From Geosiphon pyriformis uo1 (lineage: Eukaryota; Fungi; Glomeromycota), in assembly GCA_016748015.1 (NCBI GenBank), contig JAAOMT010000448.1, positions 62,001-126,000 on the forward strand: 64,000 nucleotides of DNA, written 5' to 3'. The position numbers were made by a program, and so were the translations under genes. This document shows positions 12,030 through 24,381 of the stretch, one piece after another. The notes under the pieces were generated by a model. It was given only the letters and a program-made list of their open reading frames with translations. It did not search any database and was not told the DNA's origin. Position 1 is the stretch's first letter, and each line of letters opens with the position of its first letter.

Positions 12030-15000
12030 TTAGATTTGTCTTATTCATAACAGTCCATCAGCATTTCCATTGTCTTTTCCCTTTTTATAATGTACTGTAT
12101 AATTAAATGGTAAAAGTTCTATTTTCCATCTGACATGGCAATCATTTGCAAATTTTTGTTTTTGGATTGAAGTTAATCCTTTGTAATCAGTGTATACTTC
12201 AAACTTTTGACTCAAGTATTCCTTTTATTTGATGACAGCCCAATAGATAGCTAAGTGTTTTAGTGCTGGAGTTCCATAGTTCTTCTCAGCTGAACTTAAG
12301 CTTTTACTGGTGTAAGCTACTGGATGTTCTTTTCTATCTGATCTTTTCTGTAATAGTACTGCTCCTAATGCTTGACCTGATACATTAGTGGTGATTATAA
12401 ATAGTTTGCTGTAATCTGGATACATCAATACTGGAGCTTGGATAAGCTTTTTTTTTAATGTGTCAAACACTTCTTGTTGAGTTTCAGTCCATTCATATTT
12501 CACATTCTTGGTCTGTAGATGGTGAAGTGGCTGAGCCAGTTTTGAAAAGTCTTTGATAAAACAGCAATAATAGCCTGCAAAACCTAAAAATGCTCTTAGT
12601 TCTATCAAATTGGTTGGCACTGGAAAGTTTTTAACTACTTCAATCTTATCTGGATCCATTTTGATTCCGTTTTTGCTCACTACATGTCCCAAAAACTTGA
12701 GTTCAGTTTTTTCAAAGAAATATTTGGTTGTGTTTAGTTTTAATCTTGCTCTTTTCAACTTTTCAAACACTTGTTGGAGATGATGCAGATGATCATCGAA
12801 TGTTTTTGAGAACACATTGGTGTTATCCAAGTATACGATTACTAATTTCCATAGTAATCCAGTATAAACAATTTTCATGAGCCATTGAAATGTTGCTAGA
12901 GCATTCATTAAGCCAAATGGCATGACTTCAAACTCAAAATTTCTTTCTTTTGTGGTAAATACTGTTTTTTCTTTGTTGGCTGGATTCATGGCTACTTGTC
13001 AGTAACCACTATCCAAATCTAGTGTTGAGAACTATTTATTTTCTCCAAAAGTGTCAAATAGTTCTTGGATCTTTGGAGTTGGATAGCTGTTACCTTTTGT
13101 TACTCCATTCAGTTTCCAGTAGTCTACACAAAAATGGATTTTTTCATTTTTCTTATAGACCAGTATCACTGGTGATAACCATGGACTTATTAATGGCTGA
13201 ATTAGTCTATTGTCAAGCATTCAGTTAATTTCTTGATGAATGATCTCATGGCTAGCTAATGGTACTCTGTATGCTTTTTGTTTTATTGGCATTACATCTC
13301 CAGTCTTGATTTAATGCTAGATGATATTGGTTCAGCCAAATTCATTTTTGCTGGCAAAAATGTCATTGAAATTGTTAAGTAACATCTTGAGTTGCATCTG
13401 TTAAAGTGGATCTAGATTCCCAATGTTTATCTGTTCCAATTGTTCTGGTTGAAGCAAATAACATTCACTTCTTCCGTAAATAGTTTGTGATGTAATGTTC
13501 ACATATCTACAAAGCTGTAGAAAATTTGGAATGTGGTTTGGTGGTTGATCTTCAACTTCAGTGGTTAAATATCCAATAATGGTTCCCTTTGGTATTTCTA
13601 TGACACTTCTGGTTGTGTTGTAAATGGGAATTTTGATATTTTTGGGGCTTTTGGCTGATATGTAAAGATTAGTGAGTCCAATCTCTTCTGATTCGCAAAT
13701 GGTGGCTTTTGCTTCAAACAACTGGGCTTGATTCTTTACTTTTCTTTTTATGGCTAACCTATACTGGTCATATGGTAAGATAGAAATTGTTTGACAGGTT
13801 GAGATAATTTCTTCTTTGCCAATAATTTTTTCCTCTGTCATATTAACTGGTATATCTATTTTACCCATTGATCCAAATCCTTATATTCCTTTAGCTGTAA
13901 TTCCTAATTCTTCCCTGTTTCCCACTGACACTAACTGAGCTATTTTGACCAAAGGCAAGAATATTGCCTGCACTATCTTTTCATTTGGCTCTATTACATA
14001 AGCCTTTTCTGAATTATTTTGTAGCATTACAGTGATATTTTCCATATATTCTGCATCAATTATTCCTCCTCTGATGTTGATTCTTTTTTTTGCTAGATTA
14101 CTCTTAGATGCTAGTTGAACCATTGTGGTTGCTGGAATTTCCAGTGCTATTTTCAGATCAATACAAGTGCACGAATGTGGTTCCAATTTAATGGCATCTT
14201 TTTTAGGATATCTCAGATCAAATCCTGCATCAGTATTATGCGCATGCTCTGGCATGATACTTTCATTATTGTTACTAAACCATTTTAGTTTCTGCTTCTT
14301 GGTGAGATCAAAGAGTGCTATAAATATTTTGGAGTTTGGATCTGAATCCAAATTACTGTTATCTTTGTTGCCATATTGAACAAAGCTAGAACCAGTGTTT
14401 TCATTATCATTGTTGTCAGAGTTTGAATTGGGATTGAAAATTGATTCCGATTCCAATATGCAGCTGCTGATTGGTTTGATTTCTTCTGGGATTGTGTAGA
14501 TCATTTGTGGTGATGGATTGTAGATGAGGTCACACTCATTACAATATTGAAAGTCACATGAAATCAAACAGTGATCACATAGTTGAGTGTTCAACTGTGC
14601 TAAATGCTCTTTCTGTTTTTCTCTTGTGGGTGCCAAAGTTTGATAGTGTTCATGAAATTCTTCTGGTTCCAGGAAATTTATGGCTGGTTTTTCATCTCAG
14701 TCGAGTTCTATAGGTTCCAGTGGGTTGTTTTTGATCTCCCTAATTTCTTTGGGTGTTGCTCCTTCTATTTTTGCAAGTGCTATTTGCCAGATCTCATCAT
14801 CATTGTGTAGACAACTGTCTAATTGTTGTACTGCTTTTCTCCAGGCTGCTTTTATTGGTGTCCCTTTCCTTACCCAGTCACTGATTAGGATTGTGTATTG
14901 ACACAATTCATTGCATGTTTCTCCTTACTCTGGAATGTCATTCCACATTTCTTTATCCAAGAGAGTTTCTCCACAAGTGAAACAAGATTGGTTGTCCCAT

Positions 15001-17220
15001 TTTCTTTGCCTCTTTGGTCATCCAAACCTTTCTATTATACATATGCAGTAGTAGAATTTGGTCGCTGTTGCATATTCTTCATCATTGCTATAGCATGCAC
15101 CTATTGATGACAATTTCTTGCTGCAATCAATGCATATAAGTTTTGGTTGCCAATAGGTAAATTGTGGTAGTGTAATGTAAGTGTAAGAGTTAGAAGAAGT
15201 GGTATTGGTGGTTGTTGTTTCTTTTTCTTTTTCTTTTTTCTTTCTCTTATCATTTTTTTCTTTCTATTTCCAGTTTAGTATTGGTTCATTTTTATTGTTG
15301 TCAGTCCAGGTCAGATTGTCAGTCTCCCAGATAAGTTCTTCTCTTTGTTTTCCCTTTCCATTGTTGTTCCATGATAGTATTAATGGCAGCTTATTGTGGT
15401 TTTCATCAACCCACAAGACTTGATATGTCTTTCATGTTGGTTTCCTTTCCTCTTTTTCAAACTCGATTAGTGAGACTGGTGTAATGCTGCTGGGTTTGAA
15501 ATGGCCACACGTTGCTAGTACCCTCATATGTCGGCTGTTCTGATTGAACTGTAACTTCTGAGTGGTCCAATCAAGAATGGCATTTGTTTTGGTAAGCCAG
15601 TTATTACCAATTAACACTTAGTATTGAGTGGCTTCCATCATCAAAACTTTGATAGGGACTATGATGTTGTTGACTTCAAAAGGAAAGTTGTCAATCTTGC
15701 CAATAGAAGTTTTGATTGCTCCATTGGCTGTGATAATCTTTGTGCTGGCAGCTCTGTTAACTTGGCAATCTAATTGATCTATGAGTTGTCTGGTGATAAT
15801 GCTGCCAGCTAATTTACTATTCAGGATCAGTTTGATATACTGACCATCAACTTTGGTATTAGTATACATTATGGTTATTGGTTTGGTGTCCAGAGCAGCT
15901 CCACTGAATAATGGAACTAATGTGATTTTCTCAAGTTCAAATGGGAATATGACAACAAGTGATTCATCTTCGGTACTGGCGGCTGGTAGAATGTTGCAGG
16001 TAAGTGGCTTCTGGTTGGTTTCCTGTTTGCTAAATGCAGTATTTTCTGGAGTAACCAGAAGACTTAAGTAGTTCTGGAAACTTGGATTTTGGTTATACCT
16101 GGTTCCTGAACTCCACTGGCATGATCCTGATGGTTGATTTGATGAACTGGGGATCAGTTGGTAGACCACCATTGCTGATTTCCAGTTTTGGGTTACTCTG
16201 GATCTGGAGTTTCTAGATGTTATTGTAACTGAGTTTTGTGGCAGTGTTTGAATTGATTGTTGTGGTTGATAGACTATTTGTGGCTGTGGTTGATATATTT
16301 GGAGTTGATATACTGGTGTTTAATAGATTGGTGGCAGCATCATTGACAGATAAGTAGATTGATATTAATTTTGATTCGGGTAATAATTCGGAGTTGGAAA
16401 CTGGCAATCAAGATTTCAATATTGATTTCCCGATCGTGGGTTACTATAAGTATGGCAATCGGCTCTAAGGTGACCTTGTTTACCACAGTTGTGGCAAATT
16501 CGCATTTTTTGTTGCCATGGCTGATTTGTTGATAATGATGGATGCGACTAATTTTGGAAATAATTTGCATTTCCCTGATTATTACATTATTGAGGAGGCT
16601 AATAAATTGGACAATTGTCAGCTAAGTATCCTTCTAATTTCTGATTAATGGAATCACTAAATTGTTTCAGTTTAGAATCCAAGTCAGATGATTTATTCAT
16701 TACTAAATTCACAGCTTGGGCATAATTGGCTTCTAACTCAGTAGCTTCAAAATCTCTAGCATGAGTAACTGCAGCAGAAAGGTCTACTGGGTGCATCAGA
16801 CATACTCATTGGAGAATGCTGCTGCATAAGATTTGTGGCACTATAAAGTAATCAGCTTGGATAGCTTGGATTTGGCACAGATTTCTGTAAAAGCATCCCA
16901 AATAGGTGGTGACTGCTTTAGTGTCTTCTTGTTTTAGGGTGGTAAAAGTACTTGCCAGGCAGTTGATGCTGTTATTATTACTGAAATATCTTAGGAAATT
17001 GTTTTAAATGCATTAAAATTTTAAGGTTTTTGGACCAAACTATGATATCATGAGTTGGTAGTATCTTTTAGAAAATATGGGATGACTTGCATTGTTTTTG
17101 CATCATTTCAATTGTTTGCAGTAATGACTTTGGTGACATTATTGATCTATGCCTGGGCATCATCCTCTTTGCTGGTGAACTTTTCAAGTTTTGCAATTGT
17201 TGTAAAAGCCATTTGTGTGA
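12030..17220 (-). pseudogene. Element B polyprotein, main part: capsid/CCHC Gag, aspartic protease, Cys-rich region, dUTPase, RT, RNase H
   Basis: Track ORFs starting at 16796, 16172, 15617, 14906, 14636, 13868, 13220 and 12989 all share one frame. Motifs LILNSKLA (PR, decayed DSG), AGFDL/GGIIDAEY (dUTPase), MPFGL..VYLDN (RT). Confidence 0.93.
13860..14290 (-). pseudogene. dUTPase domain of element B
   Basis: PEHAHNTDAGFDL (motif I), QLASKSNLA (II), GGIIDAEYME (III), EKIVQAIF (IV), AKGI*GFGSMG (V). Confidence 0.92.
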
Positions 17221-18041
17221 TGTTACTCATAGAAATATAGGAAATATATTAGCATAATTATTAGCCAATCAGAAGTAAGCATAGTAAATGTAGAATTTCA
17301 GGATTTCTTTCAGGAATCACAGGATTCCAGGAATTTCAGGATTTCCAACGAGAAATTCCAGGATTCCTGTCGTGAAGAATCGAGGAATTGAGGAATCTCA
17401 ATTATGTATATATAGCAGTAGTGTTAGAAACAGAAAAGACAGAATCGATACCACAGAATCCTTAGCCTAGAAACACAAATCATCAAATAAATAATTATTC
17501 CATATCTCAACCCACTCTCCACTATCAACACTTCATGTTAATAGTAATTAATACTTGACCACACTGGAACAATAGCTCTTGATCATGGCTATTGACAGGA
17601 TACTAATCTGCAAATTGCCTTGGCTTATTTCTTTTCTTTCTTTATTTTTCTTTTATTTCTTTTTTTTTATTTTGTTGTTGTATACTAATTGATTAAAAAA
17701 GATTAAGTGCTGAGTTATTGACATCAAAAATAGCCTGGTAAAAGACCCAGAAATAAGGGTAGAATTATATATTATCAGATAGCTTACCAGAAAAGCACGA
17801 CTGCCAGACTAAATCCAGCCACCATGCTGAGAAAAAAATTGGGAAAACTCTTGGAAAAATACATATATTATTGACACTATTGAATTTCTGTCTATTATAC
17901 AAAGGACTCAACCAAAACCTTCAAATCCATCAAAACTTTCAGATACAACACCTTCAGATCACTATCAACTGCTATTAGCTTCGAGCACCAAGTTACGGGT
18001 TTGTTATTTAAATTCAATAGCAGAAATAATCACCTCTAACA
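17221..18041 (+). repeat. 5' LTR of element C
   Basis: TGTTAC..TAACA. GGAATTCC-like U3 repeats 17290-17400, TATA-like TATATATA at ~17407. Confidence 0.97.
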
Positions 18042-18043
18042 TT

Positions 18044-18060
18044 TGGTGCTTCCTGTAAGG
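18044..18060 (+). promoter_or_regulatory. Primer binding site of element C (TGGTGCTTCCTGTAAGG)
   Basis: TGG-initiated 17-mer 2 nt after the LTR end, complementary to a tRNA 3' end of the form ..CCUCACAGGGAGCACCA. Confidence 0.85.
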
Positions 18061-21000
18061 TATAATCCTACAGAGAACCAGCACCGACAACACCAAACCA
18101 AAAGTGGCAGAATCAAAAAATATAGGAGCAAACCATTTAGGATTCGCAAAATACTTATTTCAACACTATTGTCAATACTTGGGATTAAACCACAATCATA
18201 TATCCACCGAATCAGTCTTCAATTTCTACATCAATGAAAAGATTTCTTCTTTATTAGGAACACCAGTGAATACTGAATCAGCAAGGGAAACTTTTTATAA
18301 AGAATTAATTCAAAACACCAACCTATCAACAAACCATAATTTTGCATCTATTATCACTAAGATCAACAAAGAAATTGAACATCACACCCAACAAAGATAT
18401 CCAATTACATACGCTAGTAAAGGCAAGGGAAAATTACAAACACCAGCAGTAACACCCAGAAAAATACAGCCACTTGCTTGGAAGAAAAACAAAGTTGAAT
18501 CCCCAAGCAACCCATCCTACCACTATACACCTGGAAGCGCCATCAACATATCATCAACAGACGCATTCACATCAACTGTGACATCAGCATTTGGATGATT
18601 CCTATTCCAAAGTAGACAAAGGAAAACAGAATTGTTAGAACCATATGGCGAATACTTTGAGAGATTTAATTCACAATCATCAACCCCATCAGGACTTTAA
18701 TCACCACCGCCTCCACCAGATTTTGGAATTTCTGATCCGTGGGAAGAAGCAGAATCAGAAAAGGAGGAAGAAGAATCAGAGGATCAAGAATTCACTTACC
18801 AGCACCCAAACACTGAAAACTTGAAAGTTGAAACCCTGAACATTCAAACTCAGCAACAGTTAAAAAATCCGGAAATCGAAACCCTGAATATTCGAACACC
18901 ACCAAATCAAAGAAATCAAAACCCCGAATTAATTCATCAGCAAAACTTACTTCCGGTAATTGTCATCAATCAACTGCTGATTAATTCCATAGCCGAACCC
19001 ATACAGCAGCCACTTTAGCTACCACCCCAACAACCAGGACAACAACAACTGCTTCAACAGCCACCACAACCACCTAACTTAGATCCAATGGCCTATGCAC
19101 CAATTGCAAAACTCGACAACTTTACTGGTGAAGAGGATGACGCTCAAATATGGCTGAACAATGTAGAAAAAGCCATCGCAGCCAATGGATGGAATGACGC
19201 TCGAGCAATGTAAGCCATTCCTTACTTTCTCAAGGATACTGCCAATTCATGGTATCAGAGCCTGGTTAATAAACCACAAGATTTCAATGTCTTCAAAGTG
19301 GAATTTCTAAGATACTTCAGCAACAATAATAACATCAATCACCTAGTTAATGTATTCACCACCATAAAACAAGGAGAAACTGAAGCAGTCACTACTTATC
19401 TGGAATGCTTCCATCGAAATCTATGCCAAATTCAAGCAATTGACACCAATTATTTCACAGCACCACAGATACTCAATCAGTTTATCCATGGCTTGCACAA
19501 CAGCATCTTGCAACATGTACGGCCATTGCATCCAGGTATCCTTCAAGACGCAGTTACACATGCCAGAGATTTTGAATCTGCTGAGTCAGAGGCTAACCAC
19601 GCCCAAGCTGTTAATCTAGTAATGAATGGGTTATCTGAATTGGATTCCAAATTGAAGAAGTTCAGTGAATCAATCAATAAGAGATTGGAAGAATACTTAG
19701 CTGACAATCACACCATTTATCAGTCTCCACAATGACGCAATAATCAAGGAAACTTTAATCGTGCCCAAAATCAATTATGCCCATCTTTATCAACCAATCA
19801 ACAGTGGCAACAAGAAACGTGTATCTGTCACTATTGTGGTAAACAAGGACATATCCAAATTGACTGTTGCCAGCATCTAAATAACCAATGATTGGGAAAT
19901 CAATATTGAAACTCTGATCACCAGTTCCAAACTCCGAATCATTATCCAAGTCAGAATCAAGACCAATATCGAAATAATTACCTGCTCATGATGCAGCAAC
20001 CAATCTATCACCCACCAGTATATCAACCTCCGATTCATCAGCCACAGCCACAAGTAATATATCAACCACAGCCACAAATTATCTATCAACCCCAACCAAT
20101 TCAAACACCAACCCAGAATCCAGCTCAAATGACATCAGGCAACCCTCGATCCAGAGTCACTCAAAACTGGAAATCGGTGATGATTGTTCACCAACTGATC
20201 CCCAGTTCACTAAACTCACCATCAGGATTATGCACCCAGAATTTGGATATCAGTCGCGTTCAAAACCCAAATTCTCAACACTATTTAAGTCTCCTAGTTA
20301 CTCCAGAAAATGTCACATCCAACAACACAGAATTCAATCAGTATGTACCTACCAACACCATTCTACCGGCAACCATCTCTAGTGACGAATCCCTAGCCAC
20401 CATCTTTCCTTTCAAACTCGAAGAAAACACCCCAATACTGTTGTTCAGTGGAGCTGCCCTCAAAGAGAAACCCATAACAGCAATGTATACGGATGCCAAA
20501 GTTAATGGTCACTTCATCAAACTCATCCTAGATAGTGGATCAGCTGGCAGCATAATCACTAGACAACTTATGGATCAATTAGGTTGCCGAGTTGATCAAG
20601 CTGCCAGTGCCAGAATCATCACAGCCAATGGAGTGACCAAAACTCTAATCAGCGAAATTGACGATTTCCCTTTTGAAGTCAATGGCATCGTGACTCCCAT
20701 TAAAGTTCTAGTAATGGAAGCCATTCAATACCAAGCTCTTATTGGTAATAACTGGCTATCCAAAGCCAATGCAACATTAGACTGGAACACCCAGGAACTC
20801 CAGCTAATGTATTAGAGCCAACACATATGTGTTCTGGCCACATATGACCACTTCAAAACTCCTCCAAGAGAGAAACTATTAATCGAGCTGGAGGAGAAGA
20901 AAAAAAAGCCTACCTGGGAAGCCTACCAAGTATTGTGGGCTGACGAAGAGCACAACGAGCTGCCGCTAATACTCTTCTGGGACAACAACAACAAAGAAAA

Positions 21001-22069
21001 AGGAAAACAAAAGGAAGAACTTATCAGGGAAACCGATGACCTGACATGGACCGACAATGATGAGAGCGAACTGACTTCAAGTTGGGAATGAGAAGAAGAC
21101 AAAAAAAATAAAGAGAAGGGAAAAAAAAAAGAGACCACTCAAACCACCACCGCTTATAACACCTACACTACACCACAACGATCTACTTATCATCGACCCA
21201 AGCTTATATGCGTCAATTGTGGTAAGAAATTGTTGTCAATGGGTGCATGCTGTAGGGATAATGAGGAATATTCAACAGCAACTAGGTTCTATTGCCGCCC
21301 ATGTATCCTTGAATGCTTTAGAAAACCAAAACAAGTAGGGAAATGGGACAATCAGTCATGCTTAGCTTGTGGAGAAACTCTCTTGGATGAAGGAATGTGG
21401 CATGACATTCCTGAATGTGGAGAAACATGCGACATATCATGTCAATACATGATTCTAATAAGTGACTGGGTAAGGAAAAAAACCCCAATAGAAGCAGCCT
21501 GGAGAAGAGCTGTACAGCAACTGAACAGTTACCCACATGATGATGACAAAATTTGGCAAATGGCACTTGCAAAAATTGAAGAGGCGATGCCAGAAGAGAT
21601 AAAAACGATCAAAGACAACCCCCCAGAACCTTTAAAGCTTGACTGGGATGCAGAACCCATCATAAACCTTCTGGACCTGGAACAATTTCACGAACACTAT
21701 CAAGAATTAGCACCCACAAGGGAGGAACAAGAACAACAGTTAGAGCAGTTGAACACTCAACTATGTCAATACTGTCTAATTTCCTGTGACTTCTAGTATT
21801 GCGACGAGTGTGACTTCATTTACAATCCACCACCATGCATGATCTACACGATCCCGAAAGAGGAAAAACCAATCAGCAGCTGCACATTAGAATCAGAATC
21901 ACCAATTAATCGCAATTTAAACTCCAACAATGACGATGACAATAACGGTTCCAGCTCCATTCAAAATGGCAATAACAATGACAATGATTCCAACTCAGAT
22001 ACAAACTCCGATTTAAACTATGAACAATACATTGTACTACCAGATCTCTCCAAGAAACAAGAGTTGAAA

Positions 22070-22495
22070 TGGTATAGTGACAATGGGGAAGGTATTATGC
22101 CAGAACGTGTGCATGATACTGATGCAAGGTTTGATCTGAGATATCCAGGAAAAGATGCCATCAAATTGGAACCACATTCACGCACCTGCCTTGATCTGAA
22201 AATAGCACTAGAAATTCCGGCAACAACCATAGTTCAATTAGCATCTAAGAGTAGTTTAGCAAAAAGAGAAATCAATATAAGAGGAGGAATAATTAACATG
22301 AGATATGTAGGAAATATCATCACCATGCTACAAAATGACTTAGAAAAGGCCTATGTAATAGAACCCAATGAAAAAATAGCACAGGCAATATTCCTGCCTC
22401 TGGTTAGAATAGCTCAGTTAGTGTCAGTAGAAAAGAGAAAAGAATTAGGAATAACAGCAAGAGGAATACAGGGATTCAGATCCACAGGTAGAATA
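22070..22495 (+). pseudogene. dUTPase domain of element C
   Basis: PERVHDTDARFDL, LASKSSLA, GGIINMRYVGNI, EKIAQAIF, RGIQGFRSTG. All five trimeric dUTPase motifs are recognisable. Confidence 0.93.
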
Positions 22496-24381
22496 GATGT
22501 ACCAGTTAACATGGCAGAGGAAGAAATTGTTGGCCAAGGAGAAATTATCTCAACGGGTCAAGCTATTTTCATTCCACCATATAGCCAGTACATGTTAGCA
22601 ATAGAAAGGAAGGAAAAGAAGCAAGAACAGATGTTTGAAGCAGAAACAACCCTTTGTGAATCAAGAGAGATTGATCAATCTCCACATACTAGCCAAAAGC
22701 TATAGCAGCATAAAAATTCCCATCTACAACAATACTGGCAATGTCATCAGCATACCAGAAGGAACCACCATTGGATATTTAACCACAGAAATAGAAAACC
22801 AACCACCAAACCCCATTCCAGACTTTCCACAACTTTGTGGATATGTTGACATCACATCACAAACAATCTATGGACGAGACAAATGTTATTTGCTCCAACC
22901 AGAACAATTAGAACAAATGAACATGGGAAACTTAGATCCACTCCAATATATGCAGCTCAAGATGTTACTCAACAATTTCAATGACATCTTTGCCAGTGAA
23001 AATGAGTTTGGCCGAACTAACATCATCTAGCATCAGATCAAGACTGGAGATGCAATGCCAATCAAACAAAGAGCATACAGAGTGCTGCCAGCCAGCCATA
23101 AGATTATTTGTCAAAAGATAAACAGAATGCTTGACAATGGGCTAATTCAACCATCAATGAGTCCATGGTCATCACCAGTAGTACTCGTCCATAAGAAAAA
23201 TGGAAAAATCCAGTTTTGTGTAGACTACAGGAAACTCAATAGTGTAACTCATGGAGACAGTTATTCAACTCCACAAATACAAGAATTATTCGATGCTTTC
23301 GGTGGAAACAAATGGTTCTCTACATTAGATTTAGACAATGATTATTGGCAAGTAGCCATAAATCCAGCTGACAAAGAGAAGACGGCATTTACTACTAGAG
23401 AAGGGAATTTCGAATTTGAAGTAATGCCATTTGGCTTAACCAATGTTCCAGTGACTTTTTAATGGCTAATGGAAATTGTTTATACAGGTTTATTGTGGAA
23501 ATCAGTAGTTGTATACTTGGACAACACCAATGTATTCTCAAAGACGTTTGATGATTATCTGCATTATCTTCAACAAGTGTTCGAAAGACTAAGAAGAGCA
23601 GGACTGAAGCTAAATGCGACAAAGTGCTTCTTTGGCAAGACAGAACTCAAATTCTTGGGACACATAGTCAGCAAAGACAGCATCAAAACGGATCCAGAGA
23701 AAATAGAGATAGTAAAGAACTTTCTAGTACCAACCAATATAACAGAACTGAAATCATTCTTGGGATTTGCCAGCTACTATCGTCGTTTTATCAAGAACTT
23801 TTCCAAGATAGTGCAGCCACTCAATCAACTACAAAACAAAAATGCAAAATATGAATGAACAGAAAGTCAATAAAAAGCTTTTGATATTCTGAGGAAAAAG
23901 CTCATCCAAGCTTCAGTGCTGATCTATCCAGATTACAGCAAACCATTCATCATCACCACTGATGCATCCGGCCAAGCATTAGGAGCAGTATTATTTCAGA
24001 GAGAACCGGATGGAAGAGAACATCCAGTAGCATATGCCAGCAGAGGTTTAACACCAGCTGAAAAGAACTATAGAACACTGAAACAAGAACACTTAGCAAT
24101 ATACTGGGCTGTCATGAAATAGAAAAAATACTTGAGCCAGAAGTTTGAAGTATACACAGATCACAAGGGATTGACATCACTCCAAAAACAAGAATTTGGA
24201 GATAGAAGACAATCAAGATGGAAAATGTGACTCACACCATACAATTATACTATACATTACAAAAAGGGAAAAGACAATGAAAATGCTGATGGTTTATCAT
24301 GAATAAGACAAATTTAAGAACATTTCAACCCCAAAAATATAACAAAACCAGAACAATATCAACAAAAAAATATAACAAAAG

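Larger units (their letters stand above)
18043..24317 (+). pseudogene. Element C Gag-PR-Cys-rich-dUTPase-RT-RNaseH polyprotein (nonsense codons; frameshifts near 18100 and 22670)
   Basis: Capsid-like MAYAPIAKLDNFTG (19088), CHYCGKQGHIQIDC knuckle (~19826-19870), LILDSGS protease (~20522), dUTPase ~22070-22495, RT 23055-23858 (CVDYRKLN, MPFGL, VYLDN), RNase H TDASGQALGAVL..NADGLS. Confidence 0.95.

Noticed and set aside
13860-22495. dUTPase as a host or horizontally acquired stand-alone dut gene
   Set aside because: It is in frame inside the retroelement polyprotein in three copies.
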